Shown one piece after another: positions 8,937 to 18,690 of a DNA stretch of 64,000 nt. Origin of the DNA: a virus. Taxonomy: Duplodnaviria; Caudoviricetes. Made by a program: the position numbers and the translations under genes. The notes beneath the pieces are model-generated. The model had not been told where the DNA came from, made no database searches, and worked only from the letters and a program-made list of their open reading frames with translations. Where the stretch lies: IMG/VR virus record IMGVR_UViG_2890725172_000001, positions 1 to 64,000 of that record, one strand, 5' to 3'. Positions within the stretch are counted from its first letter, which is position 1. Every line of letters begins with the position of its first letter.

Positions 8937-8946
8937 GCCCTCCTAA

Positions 8947-8984
8947 CGTGAGGAGTTTCTAAACTAGTTCAACAACTCATCACG
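8947..8984. promoter_or_regulatory. Palindromic copy of the repeated CGTGAnGAGTTnntrAACTAGTT motif
   Basis: cgtgaggagtttctaaactagttcaacaactcatcacg; related copies at 11139, 20881 and 14915. Confidence 0.55.
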
Positions 8985-9047
8985 ATAGCGGAAGAGCGCG
9001 CCCGCCGATCCATGTGATCGACTGACGCGCTCTTCTATAACGTTGTT

Positions 9048-9500
9048 TCAGTTGGCCGACCGGCGAGCCCTCCCGATGGGGATGACGTCGGCGGCGGGCC
9101 GGGCCGCCTCGTCGTCCAGAACTTTGTTACGCTCCAAAGGCACGTCGCCCAAAATCCGCCGGACGACGTCCAGGCCCCCATGTGCCATGAGCACCGGGGC
9201 CAGTAACTGTCCGATGATCGGCGCGAGATCGTGTGTGGAACCAGCCGTCGTCATCATGGCGATGACCTCCCGACATATCACAACCTTGGCCTGTGCAGGG
9301 TCCAGGTCTGATCGATAGAGGACGAAGTCCTGCCCCACTGACCTCACCCAGGCCCCGTCATCGCCGGAATCAACCGGAAGCTCGCAGAGCTCGTAGGGGA
9401 GAATATGTGTGGCTCGCCCACGAATTTTCGTCAGCTCGCGGGCGAAGGTGGTGAGGTCAAGAGGGATGAGTCGCCCAGCGAGGGCGTTCGGGACTGTCAC
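9048..9500 (-). CDS. ImmA/IrrE-like partner of XRE regulator, HExxH lost
   Basis: RGRATHILP, GAWV...DFVLY; REVIAM at the HExxH position. Confidence 0.55.
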   Translation of the reverse strand: MTVPNALAGRLIPLDLTTFARELTKIRGRATHILPYELCELPVDSGDDGAWVRSVGQDFVLYRSDLDPAQAKVVICREVIAMMTTAGSTHDLAPIIGQLLAPVLMAHGGLDVVRRILGDVPLERNKVLDDEAARPAADVIPIGRARRSAN

Positions 9501-9571
9501 AGGCGCCTCTGGAACAAGTCGTAACAAAGAGCATCCTGAGTACCACGTCCCCCTACGGCCTGGCAAACACC

Positions 9572-10069
9572 TCACATAGTTTCCCCAGGAACAGGCACCA
9601 GCTCCCGATCTACGGAAAGTACATGGAGTACCTGGTCACCAGCGGAATGCTGACCGGCATGACCCCTTGTCAACATTTCGGGTGTCATCTGTTCAACCGA
9701 CATCGGCGCTGTGAGCACGAGCAGTGCGATGCTGGCCGCGCCCTCGCGGGCCGCGTCGCTCAGGGCTCGAAGCTCGTAGTACATGGCCTGGCCGGTCGCA
9801 TCGGACAGGAAGTAGGCCGCCGGGACGCCCCAGAACGTGGCCAGCTTCGCGATCGTGCCGATGGTCGGATTGTCCATCTCACCGCTCAGGATGCGGCGGA
9901 TGTTGCTCCGGGAGACTCCCGATGCCTTGGCGACGTACTGCTCGTTGTAGGCGACGCGCTTACTGGGATCCTCATGGGAGTCTGGGTCGAGAAAGATCTC
10001 GAAGCACAGCTGGAGCCGGTCTGCGAGGGATGGTGCCCCCTCAAGGTGTGTCTGGTACTCCATGAACAT
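9572..10069 (-). CDS. XRE-family (EspR-like) HTH regulator
   Basis: VAKASGVSRSNIRRILSGEMDNPTIGTIAKLATFWGVPAAYF. Confidence 0.85.
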   Translation of the reverse strand: MFMEYQTHLEGAPSLADRLQLCFEIFLDPDSHEDPSKRVAYNEQYVAKASGVSRSNIRRILSGEMDNPTIGTIAKLATFWGVPAAYFLSDATGQAMYYELRALSDAAREGAASIALLVLTAPMSVEQMTPEMLTRGHAGQHSAGDQVLHVLSVDRELVPVPGETM

Positions 10070-10348
10070 CTGGCCCTCCTCAAGGCAGGACCCACGGTAC
10101 TCGTCCCCGGTCGCCGAAGAACCGTGACGGTCAAGTAGACCAAACTGTGACCTAGTCGGGTAAACCAGACGTCATACGTATGCGTCAGCGCCTCTGACCG
10201 GCTGGAACGTGGCAGGCGCTCATGTTGACACCGGACATGTTGGACTGGCAGGTTTAGCCCGTGCCTTATATGGCACGGGCGCGTGAGGGGGAGCAGTGGT
10301 GCTGAGCGGAACAAAAAGCCCGGGGCTGGTCTGCCCCGGGCCGCGTCC

Positions 10349-10810
10349 TCAGCCTGCCAACCGCACTAATGCGCGCAGGCTGGGCGCTTCGTCGAACACG
10401 CCACGCTCCAGCTGCTCCCAATACCACTTGACCACCACGTCCGGCACAGGGCCGAACGGCTTCAACGCCCTGACGTCGTCCGAGCTGATGCGACCCGCAG
10501 AAACGCCCCAGGCGATATCGGTCCGAATTCGAGCGGCGAGACTTCGCTTTTCCCGGCCGAGCAGCTGCTCCGCGATGTCTAGCGGAACCTGGGTTACGCC
10601 CGTCTGAGTTGCCTGACTCTGATTCCAGGGCTCTTCCTTGGTTACCGGATGCCCATCGCAACTCCACCAGGCCAGCTGCACTCTGCCACCACTGTTAAGC
10701 GTGCAGAGCCACACGGGATCAAAGGGAACGCGAACACCACATATTCGCCCTGAACCAATGATGATATTGCAAAGCGGCAATAGTTTCTGAGGCGCCATGT
10801 TGCCCTCCAA
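10349..10810 (-). CDS. Hypothetical protein
   Basis: ORF with GGAGG RBS and downstream hairpin. Confidence 0.5.
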   Translation of the reverse strand: MEGNMAPQKLLPLCNIIIGSGRICGVRVPFDPVWLCTLNSGGRVQLAWWSCDGHPVTKEEPWNQSQATQTGVTQVPLDIAEQLLGREKRSLAARIRTDIAWGVSAGRISSDDVRALKPFGPVPDVVVKWYWEQLERGVFDEAPSLRALVRLAG

Positions 10811-11160
10811 TAGCCAGGGCCGGGTATTCCCTGCGTTCTTCCCATTGTCCCGTATACATTACGAGACCGTCAAACACCAGGCTAAAAAGCCGAAATAACG
10901 TTGAGCCATTTTGCTCATTTCGGCTCAACCGTCTGGATGCCTCTGTGCACGTTCTGTGCAGGTTCGGCGCAGGACGGATGTGGCGGGTAGCTTACCGACG
11001 CCTTCCACTCAGGATCAACACCCGTGTGGGCAACGCCACACCCAGCCACGTTGCGAGTCTACATCTTCCCAGCTCAGGTATCTGATACGACACTGGCGCC
11101 ACGGCTACGACGCTCGCTACGGTCGAGGAAAGATTCAGAACTAGTTATGAAAGTCGTCAC

Positions 11161-12138
11161 GTGATCAGCAAGCCTTACCCGGCTCCCCAGACCATCGCCC
11201 CCACGACCTACCAGCCGAAGTTCCTCGAACCTCTCCCCGTTGGCAACGCCACGCCGATCAGTACGTTCACCTCCAAGACGCACGTCCTGGAGCTCGTCCA
11301 GATGGACGAGATCATGATCGCCCAGCTGCTGTCCCGCCAGCCGGACTTCCAGCGCCCGATCGACTGGGGCCGCGTCGCCCACTACGCCAGCCTGATCGAG
11401 AACGACCAGCTGATCGCCAGCCCCGACCTCGCCCTGTCCTTCACCACAGACGGCTACGTGCTCCAGGGCCGACACCGCCTCCTGGCCGCCGAGCGCGTCC
11501 TGCGCAAGCGCGGCTTCGGCACTGTCGCCTTCTACGTCAACTGGAACGGCAAGATCGAGCACTTCCCCTTCCTCGACCTCGGCAAGCCCCGCACCGGCCG
11601 CGACATCCTCGCCATGAGCGACGTCGAACACCCCGCCAAAGTCGCCGCCGCACTCAACGTCGTCTACAGCTTCGACTCCATGAACGCCAACCGCGAGTGG
11701 CGCAGCCTGCACGTCGACCCCTCACGCATCGACGAGGTCCTCAAGGCCTCCTACAAGGACCTGCCGCTCCACGTCACCGGCGGCTCGGAGATCGCCCGCC
11801 GCCTCGGCCTGCGCCACGCCGCCATCATCGCCGGGCTCTACATCACCAGCCGCGTCGACCAGGCCGCCGCCGTCGCCTTCGCCGAGCCCCTCGTCACCGG
11901 CGCCGGGCTCACAGTCGGCTCGCCGCAGCTGGTCTTCTCCGACTGGTCGCTGCGCCGCAAGACCACCCGCGTCCGGCTCAAGAACCTGCTGCCCGTCACC
12001 GCCCACCAGCTGCGCGCCTACATCGTGGCCTACAACGCCTCGATCACCGGCATCAAGCTGTCGGCCCAGAACTTCACCGGCGCGGCTCGCATGCCCAAGC
12101 CGATCTCGGCCGGAAAGCTGGAATCCCAGGCGGCGTAA
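11161..12138 (+). CDS. ParB/DGQHR-like domain protein
   Basis: FQRPID..RV..YA, LQGRHRLLA (DGQHRL-like), DLGKPRT. Confidence 0.65.
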   Translation: MISKPYPAPQTIAPTTYQPKFLEPLPVGNATPISTFTSKTHVLELVQMDEIMIAQLLSRQPDFQRPIDWGRVAHYASLIENDQLIASPDLALSFTTDGYVLQGRHRLLAAERVLRKRGFGTVAFYVNWNGKIEHFPFLDLGKPRTGRDILAMSDVEHPAKVAAALNVVYSFDSMNANREWRSLHVDPSRIDEVLKASYKDLPLHVTGGSEIARRLGLRHAAIIAGLYITSRVDQAAAVAFAEPLVTGAGLTVGSPQLVFSDWSLRRKTTRVRLKNLLPVTAHQLRAYIVAYNASITGIKLSAQNFTGAARMPKPISAGKLESQAA

Positions 12139-12282
12139 CCCGGCCGACCGCCTCGCTCGATCTGTACTGTCTGCGTCACAGGTTGTGTGGATTTCGGCGA
12201 AATCGACCTCGTTGACTCGGCCCTGGCAGCACAGAGGGCAGAGACACGAACTTTCCCCGACGTAGCTCGGATCCACTCACTG

Positions 12283-12314
12283 GAAAGCCCCTCAGTCCGG
12301 ACTGAGGGGCTTTC
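12283..12314. terminator. Bidirectional terminator
   Basis: Perfect palindrome gaaagcccctcagtccggactgaggggctttc. Confidence 0.7.
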
Positions 12315-12421
12315 GTCATTGTCGGGCAATAAAGAAGGCCGGTGGGGCGTCAATCTCCCACCGGCCTTCAATGCTCCCGCGAGGAGCCTGGAATGAACTT
12401 ACACCGATCCAACGCCGGGTT

Positions 12422-12646
12422 CTAGAGGTCGAACTCTCCGCCCTTGACCCCGTGGACGAACGCGTCCCACTCGCTGGGAGTGAAGACGAGGACCGGGCCG
12501 TTCTCGTCCTTGGAGTCGCGGACGCCGACCGCGTTCCCCACCGTCGCTCGCGCCACCTTCACGCACTCGCCGCCATTGTCGGCGGACTTCTGCGCCTTCC
12601 GCCATACGGCGCCGTCGAAACTCACCGGAACGCCTGCTGCTGCCAC
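12422..12646 (-). CDS. DUF397 (BldB/Scr2-like) protein
   Basis: WRKAQKS...CVKVA...GVRDSKD..GPVL.F...EWDAFV. Confidence 0.92.
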   Translation of the reverse strand: MAAAGVPVSFDGAVWRKAQKSADNGGECVKVARATVGNAVGVRDSKDENGPVLVFTPSEWDAFVHGVKGGEFDL

Positions 12647-13461
12647 TGCTCTGCCTTCTCCCTGATGATCTTCATCGATTCGACGACGGATAGCGCGTGG
12701 CCCCGAAGGAGGTGATACCTCTCCTCAAGCTCTGCGATCTCCGCCTGTTCACGGAGGACCCGGCCTCTGCTGACCGAGTCTTCATACCCAGTTTGGGCCC
12801 CGGATCGAGTCCGTGCGAGTCCGAATGCCCCACCATAACCAACCATAGTGGTTGCGTCGGCGGGCAGGACCTGAAGGGTAATCGACCTGTGAGCAGAGTA
12901 AAGATCCACCAGGTAGGAGAGTTGTCCCGACATGACCTCAGGACCGCCGATGTGCCGGTCGAGGACGGACCAGTCCAGCACAGCGGAATAGATGGGCGCA
13001 TCGTCGCCGACAAGCAGCTGGCCGCGTCGAACACGGGCCGCGATGGCTCGCTCGATACCCTCGACCGGGGTTCGTGGACGGCCGAGGAACACCGCTCGCG
13101 CGTAGGCCGCAGTCTGAAGTAGGCCAGGGAACAGGGTCGGGGCCCATTGGGACAGAACGGATGCGGCCTGCTCCGCGTCGATCCACCCACGAAACCACTC
13201 CGGGGAGCCGGAACGCTCGACCAGCTCCCATACCGCAAGCAGCGCACCTCCCGCGTCAAGGAAGGCGTCGATCGCCTCTACAAAGGTACGTGTGGGCTGC
13301 CGTCGCGCATTCTCAAAGTGACTGACAAGCGCCCGGGTGACGTTCGCATGACTAGCCAGGTCGTCTTGCGTCTTCGTGCGACGCTGCCGCCATTTACGCA
13401 GCTCGACGCCGAAATGTGCAAGGGCACTCGCGTTTGGATCTAACTCAACGGGAGCAGGCAC
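12622..13461 (-). CDS. XRE-HTH + DUF5753 (WhiJ/Scr1-like) regulator
   Basis: FGVELRKWR, PGLLQTAAYARAV, ALSVVESMKII; paired with DUF397. Confidence 0.9.
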   Translation of the reverse strand: MPAPVELDPNASALAHFGVELRKWRQRRTKTQDDLASHANVTRALVSHFENARRQPTRTFVEAIDAFLDAGGALLAVWELVERSGSPEWFRGWIDAEQAASVLSQWAPTLFPGLLQTAAYARAVFLGRPRTPVEGIERAIAARVRRGQLLVGDDAPIYSAVLDWSVLDRHIGGPEVMSGQLSYLVDLYSAHRSITLQVLPADATTMVGYGGAFGLARTRSGAQTGYEDSVSRGRVLREQAEIAELEERYHLLRGHALSVVESMKIIREKAEQWQQQAFR

Positions 13462-13676
13462 GCTACATACACTCCGTGACGCTACGTCAGCCTCGAAACT
13501 GCGTGATACACCATGATACAGAAGCTGTATCACGACCGTCGACCATGATGACCTAGCAAAGTTCGGCCGTTGGCGTGCATGCTGTTACACAACAGCAGCC
13601 CGCGAGTAGCGAATGGAGCACCAATACCGGACCCTGCTCTCCCTGTCTGGTTGGTGGCCGAAAAGGACGAAGACCT

Positions 13677-14078
13677 ATGTCAACACCGATCAAGCCCTTA
13701 CCTCCGGTAGGGACTGCCAGAGGCTTCTCGTTCCAAGAAGCCCAGGAACGCTGTGCCAGTGAGGTGAACGCTCTTCTCGTCGTACACGGCCAGAAGACGT
13801 CACTGGACGGCTCGACCCTCGTGTGGCGCATGTCGGACGGCAGGACCTTCCAGATGCTCTTCGCCCGCGACGGGATCGACTGGGCGATCTACCCACCTCA
13901 GGCGATCACCAGTCAGGGGTCCTACCCGGCCGCGCTATTCACAGGGAAGTACGGCCCCCCGAACTACCCCGGCAACCGCTTCGATCCGCATAGGGTCATT
14001 GACTTCCTGCGTAGTAAAACTTCCACTCAGGAGGTAGGTCGTTGCACCGACAAGTGCATGCGGCCGAACACCCTCTGA
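13677..14078 (+). CDS. Hypothetical protein
   Basis: AAGGA RBS; divergent from the XRE gene. Confidence 0.55.
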   Translation: MSTPIKPLPPVGTARGFSFQEAQERCASEVNALLVVHGQKTSLDGSTLVWRMSDGRTFQMLFARDGIDWAIYPPQAITSQGSYPAALFTGKYGPPNYPGNRFDPHRVIDFLRSKTSTQEVGRCTDKCMRPNTL

Positions 14079-14383
14079 CTCCTGACGTAAAGTCAGCCAA
14101 GTCACCATAGACAGGCCCACCGTCGCGACGCCTGGTACTCCATGCCATCCTCAAGGCGTCTAGGCGGTGGGTCACTAAACGGTCCTCGGCGGTCGTATGA
14201 CCGCCTCACTTCATCACCGCATCGGCCCCCCGCCCCGTGGTTGAAGTGAATCTGCCTACCCAGCGGTCGAGCGTGGGGCTCCGATCGTCGAGGACCCACC
14301 AACTCCCCCCAATTCCACCTGGCTCCGGCGGAGATGATCTTGGTCCCTTCCGGGGCCGGAGGCAGGAAGCGAAGGGGGAGCCC

Positions 14384-14449
14384 GCCCCCGCTCGCCAGCG
14401 TGAGACCTCTCCCAAAGACGTGAGAGGCTCATCGCTGGCGAGCGGGGGC
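14384..14449. repeat. Long inverted repeat / possible terminator
   Basis: gcccccgctcgccagcg...cgctggcgagcgggggc, 17-bp perfect arms. Confidence 0.6.
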
Positions 14450-15019
14450 ATTGTTCTTCCGTACGCCGTCAGCTATCGCTTCGGTGTCGCACAATGCCGG
14501 GCCGGGCATTACTCCGGCCCCAGGGCGGGGTGTGTCGCAGATCTAACGCCAGGTCGACCCTCCCGCGTGCGCGCGGACTCCGAGGAATCGCTGTCATCCG
14601 TAGCGCGAGGGCTCTGCGCCCTCCCAGTTTGAGCCTGCCGTGTTCCGGACCCCGGCCTCGCGGCAGCTCACACCAACGGCTCCGCACGCACGCACGGCCA
14701 CACTGGTGTTCACGGGATCCAACGACTGGTCGTCTACGACTTCAGCTGCCCATCTTGCTTTCGCTCTCACTACACCCGGTGGGCAAACCGGTGGCCGGTA
14801 CTCATTCCGCCTTATCCGACGTGGCGGGCATAGCGAAGCTCACGCGTTTGCGCAGCTCAGATGATGTGTCCGGCCTTCGCCGAGATCACTTTGTTCGACG
14901 GGTTGGACTCTACTACGAGTTTAACAACTCGTGCAAGAGTGCAACTGCCCGGAGCTAGCAACATGCACCCTGACCAGGGCATACGTCACCCACTCCGGGC
15001 AGAAATGTGTAACTGACGA

Positions 15020-15550
15020 CTAGTCGTGGTCGTACTCGTCGACCACGATGCGGTCCTTGTGGACCGTGATCTTGGCGTGGTCACCGAACAGCCGCAGCAA
15101 CGCGTGATCGAACTTGCCGCTGGTGACGGCCTCGCTCAGGGCCATGCAGTGGTCGTAGCGGGCCTCGTCCGGCCCGGAGTAGTCGCCGTAGATGTACTGG
15201 CGGGCCTGGTAGTCCCACGTCCTGGGACGCTTACCGAGGGAGTCGTTCCAGGAGACGGCGAAGTCGTCGTAGTCGACCTCGTCCTCCGGCACACCCTCTT
15301 CGTCGAGCTCGGACTTGTTCTGCTCGGTGAGGAACCACACATCCCCGGCCGAGAACTCGCAGACCTCGCCGTCGTTGAAGTAGGGCGTGTACTGCGTCCA
15401 GCCGTAGCGGAGGATCGTCGGATCGTCCTGAATCGCCTGGAACAGCGGCGCCAGCTGCTCGACCGGAAGCTGGTCGACCTTCTGGACGCTGTAGACGTAC
15501 CCCTCGATAGGGACGCCGATGAAGCTCTTCTCTGTGGTGCTGTTAGTCAC
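15020..15550 (-). CDS. Conserved hypothetical protein
   Basis: GWTQYTPYFNDGEVCEF...FGDHAKITV..DEYDHD; coupled to DUF6915 gene. Confidence 0.75.
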   Translation of the reverse strand: MTNSTTEKSFIGVPIEGYVYSVQKVDQLPVEQLAPLFQAIQDDPTILRYGWTQYTPYFNDGEVCEFSAGDVWFLTEQNKSELDEEGVPEDEVDYDDFAVSWNDSLGKRPRTWDYQARQYIYGDYSGPDEARYDHCMALSEAVTSGKFDHALLRLFGDHAKITVHKDRIVVDEYDHD

Positions 15551-15924
15551 GTGTTGCTGTCCGAAATGTTGAGCATGGATAGGGGGTATTCCTTCTTGAC
15601 GGCGCCAGACATCCACGTGTGGATCGGCATGTCTTTGATGTAGTCGGCCGGAGAAGGTAGCCAGCCGAGATCCTCGATAATGTGCTGCTCGGCGATCAAC
15701 CGGACCGGCACCTCGACCGACCCGTGGGTCCTCTCGACCGTGATCGTCACGCCGAAAATCTGCTCGGCGAGATAGCACCCGAGGGTGTGGTGATACAGCG
15801 AGCGATGCCGGACGTCGCCGATGACCGCCTTGCTGCTGTCGATGAACCTGTGAATCAGGAGGTAGTCCTCCGGCTTGCCGCCCCACCGCTTGGCACTCGA
15901 CTTAGCGTGGTAGTAGGAGTTCAC
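15547..15924 (-). CDS. DUF6915-family protein
   Basis: HAKSSAKRWGGKPEDY..IH.FIDSSK....DVRHRSLYHH, AEQHIIEDLG. Confidence 0.8.
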   Translation of the reverse strand: MNSYYHAKSSAKRWGGKPEDYLLIHRFIDSSKAVIGDVRHRSLYHHTLGCYLAEQIFGVTITVERTHGSVEVPVRLIAEQHIIEDLGWLPSPADYIKDMPIHTWMSGAVKKEYPLSMLNISDSNT

Positions 15925-15926
15925 GA

Positions 15927-16160
15927 CTACCCCAGCTCGTCCAGCAGCTGGCGCAGCAGATTGACGTCGTAAAGGAACTCGAAGTCCTTCTCGGAGTCGG
16001 CCTCGGCCGCCGCCAGCTTGATACCCAGCCAGTCCCGGACGACCTCGAAGATCTCGTTCGTCGTCTCGTACGAGCCGTCGCAGCAACCGCAGATGTAGGG
16101 CTCGGTGATGGCTTCCAGGACGATCTCCTGGACCCGAGTCTTGAGCTCAGAAGCGAGCAT
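15927..16160 (-). CDS. Hypothetical protein
   Basis: Operon ORF with RBS. Confidence 0.6.
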   Translation of the reverse strand: MLASELKTRVQEIVLEAITEPYICGCCDGSYETTNEIFEVVRDWLGIKLAAAEADSEKDFEFLYDVNLLRQLLDELG

Positions 16161-16572
16161 CTTCGTCGTCCTCCGACCAGTCCTCGTCCGGCCAGATGAT
16201 GCGCGGCTTAATCTGAACCGCCTGACCATCCTTGACCATCAGGCGCCAGAGGTCACCGGGATCTTCGCCCTCGGCTTCGATGAAGCCGATGAAGCGCTGG
16301 CCCTCCGCGTGGCAGTTCAGAAGCGACTGGAGTTCCTCGACGATCCGGTAGCCCTTCATAGGCTCGGTCGTCACCGGCGCGATGGCGATGCCCCGGCGCC
16401 GGATCAACGTTCCATCGGAAGTCTCCTCGGTCGTCTCGTCGAGCACGATCTTCAGGTCGCGACCGTAACCGCGCTGGCCGGGCAGGCAGACGAACGGACT
16501 GTCCTTGATCTCGCTCCACGCCAGCGGAGGGACGATCGAGATCTCGCCGGTGTGGCGGGTGTAGTAGCCCAT
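16147..16572 (-). CDS. Hypothetical phage protein (DUF6205-like)
   Basis: MGYYT...G.I.I.PPL.W.EI, GEDPGDLWRL. Confidence 0.65.
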   Translation of the reverse strand: MGYYTRHTGEISIVPPLAWSEIKDSPFVCLPGQRGYGRDLKIVLDETTEETSDGTLIRRRGIAIAPVTTEPMKGYRIVEELQSLLNCHAEGQRFIGFIEAEGEDPGDLWRLMVKDGQAVQIKPRIIWPDEDWSEDDEDARF

Positions 16573-16973
16573 CAGGGCCTCACCACCCCGAGGCTCTGGG
16601 CGATCTCCTTGTCGAAGACCTCCTGAAGGAGCGTGTTGGCCTTCGGGACGTACTGCGGCCAGCTGTCGTCGGTGTCGATGTTCATGTGATCGCCCTGGTG
16701 GCCGAGCTTCCGGTCACAGGTGATCCCCACGTGCTTCGTGCCCTGGTTGTCGTCGCCGCAAGGGATGTCGACGCCCGCCGCCACGAGGACCTTGACGATC
16801 GCTGGGTTGTGCCTGAAGGCCGCCAGCGACTCGTCCTCGGTGTCCCAGTCCTCATCCTGGAGATAGGCGACCAGGGGAGTGAGGACAGCCACGACGGTCT
16901 CCTCAGTGGCGAACGCGTCGTCGAGCGCCTGGGCGACGATGTCGAAAATCTGACCGCCGGTGTTCCAGCCCAT
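16572..16973 (-). CDS. Hypothetical protein
   Basis: Coupled operon ORF. Confidence 0.7.
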   Translation of the reverse strand: MGWNTGGQIFDIVAQALDDAFATEETVVAVLTPLVAYLQDEDWDTEDESLAAFRHNPAIVKVLVAAGVDIPCGDDNQGTKHVGITCDRKLGHQGDHMNIDTDDSWPQYVPKANTLLQEVFDKEIAQSLGVVRP

Positions 16974-17554
16974 CAGTCAGCGCTCGGCATGCCGGACCGG
17001 ATCAACGCGAGGCGCTGCTGCTCGGCCCGCTCGTCGAGCCAGAGCTTGGTCTTCAGGTTCCACTGCGCGTCGGCCAGCGCGTGATGCTCCAGGTTGTTGT
17101 TGTCCGGCAGCACCTTGATGCCGAGATCGAACGCCTGCTGCTTGATGTCGTACAGCCACATCGGGATCTCGTCGGGCTTGTCGACCATGACGCCGAACAT
17201 CCACGCGAGTCGAACCGTGTCGAAACCGCTGTAGTAGCCGACGAGCAGCGGGTCAGGTGTGTTCTGGATGAAGCGCCTGATCTCCCAGGCGATCCGGTCG
17301 AGACCCTTGACGTCCCGGTGGTCCTGGTTGAGCCACTGGAACTCGTTCGGAGCCTCCCGCAGCGGAAGGTGAGGCACAACGTTGTGCCGGAGCCAGAGAT
17401 GCTGCCAGACGGCGATGTACGGCATCTCGGCGTTGACGGCGTAGTACGTCCGGCCGTCCTCGGCCACCAGGCCGACAGAGATGAGGTGGATGCCGCCGGT
17501 ACCGTTGTCGCGGTCCCAGGTCTCTAAGAATTCGAAGTCGATGCCTACAAGCAC
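16973..17554 (-). CDS. DEDDh 3'-5' exoribonuclease (RNase AS/Rv2179c-like)
   Basis: IDFEFLE, LISVGLVAEDGRTYYAV, HHALADA. Confidence 0.85.
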   Translation of the reverse strand: MLVGIDFEFLETWDRDNGTGGIHLISVGLVAEDGRTYYAVNAEMPYIAVWQHLWLRHNVVPHLPLREAPNEFQWLNQDHRDVKGLDRIAWEIRRFIQNTPDPLLVGYYSGFDTVRLAWMFGVMVDKPDEIPMWLYDIKQQAFDLGIKVLPDNNNLEHHALADAQWNLKTKLWLDERAEQQRLALIRSGMPSAD

Positions 17555-17614
17555 AAAGATCCCCTGTCGGGTGAGAACCGGTTAGGTCCCTCACGACAGG
17601 GGATCTGGCGAAGA

Positions 17615-18007
17615 CTAGATCGCGGCTGCGCGTACGAGGTCGACGACCGCCCAGTGACCAAGCTCGGCCTCTCTGCGGTTCGCCCACCCGAAGGCTCCCA
17701 CAGATCTACCGTCCCTGAACACCCTGGTCTCGTAGTCGGTATCGATACCGAGCCCGATCGCCTGCATGATCGCCTTGGTCCACGCGCTCGCCACCTCTTC
17801 AACCCAGGGGTCACGCGTCGGACGCCACTTCTTCCGGAGCGATTCCGGCCGCAAGATCGTCGAGATCCATGTCTCACCGAGAGTGGTGTTGCCGACCCGC
17901 ACCGTGTCCGATATCCGGAGCGACTCCAAGAGCAACTGCTGCTGGAAAGGGGTAAAGCCGATGGAGGAGTCCATCACCCACGCCCGCATCTCGTCGATGT
18001 TGCTCAT
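17615..18007 (-). CDS. Hypothetical protein
   Basis: Coupled operon ORF. Confidence 0.65.
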   Translation of the reverse strand: MSNIDEMRAWVMDSSIGFTPFQQQLLLESLRISDTVRVGNTTLGETWISTILRPESLRKKWRPTRDPWVEEVASAWTKAIMQAIGLGIDTDYETRVFRDGRSVGAFGWANRREAELGHWAVVDLVRAAAI

Positions 18008-18174
18008 AAAGACTCCTCGTCCATTACGGCCTTCGCCAACGGGCAGAACGACGCCGGGACCAACATACCTGCCTCGACGTCGCTACACCCACCACAGATT
18101 TCGGCTGGAACACTGTGCCTGCTCTCGCCATCTGGCCGGTAGAGGATCGGACGATGGGTGAGTGGTTCGCTCAT
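18004..18174 (-). CDS. Small hypothetical protein (56 aa, not in ORF track)
   Basis: Fills the operon gap with coupling at both ends. Confidence 0.5.
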   Translation of the reverse strand: MSEPLTHRPILYRPDGESRHSVPAEICGGCSDVEAGMLVPASFCPLAKAVMDEESL

Positions 18175-18690
18175 TTAGTCACCCCAGTCCACAACCTTCT
18201 TAGGCTTTGCTCGGAGATATTGGTTGTGCTCCTCCGACCTCAGCAGCCGATAGGACAGAAGCTCGTTCTTTCGAATCACCCGATCGATATCTGAGCCCCT
18301 GGCGCGCAGCTGCTTCTCCAGCCGGTCGATCTCCTCACCGCGCCTGCGCAGCTCTTCGTACGCAGCTTGTATGTTGGCCTGGGAACAGGACAGCGCGCTT
18401 CTGAGGAACATCACGTTCTCGATCGACACGCCGTCATCCTCGTCGCCCGGCGGCCGGAGCTCGTCGACGAGATGCTCTATGACCACCCGACCCCACAGGA
18501 TCGGTGCCACGAGCGGCCACGTCAGGGCGTACGCGGTAACCCAGGCCTGCACAGTTCGCCGCCGCTGCGCCTCAGAACCCTGAGACCACCGCCAGAAGTG
18601 CCTCACCATGGGCCGTGCGACATAGATACCACCACCGAACACGCCGGTGACGAAGCTAAACCCGATCACCATCTGTTCGACCAGGTTCAT
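18175..18690 (-). CDS. Membrane / coiled-coil protein
   Basis: Two hydrophobic segments. Confidence 0.65.
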   Translation of the reverse strand: MNLVEQMVIGFSFVTGVFGGGIYVARPMVRHFWRWSQGSEAQRRRTVQAWVTAYALTWPLVAPILWGRVVIEHLVDELRPPGDEDDGVSIENVMFLRSALSCSQANIQAAYEELRRRGEEIDRLEKQLRARGSDIDRVIRKNELLSYRLLRSEEHNQYLRAKPKKVVDWGD

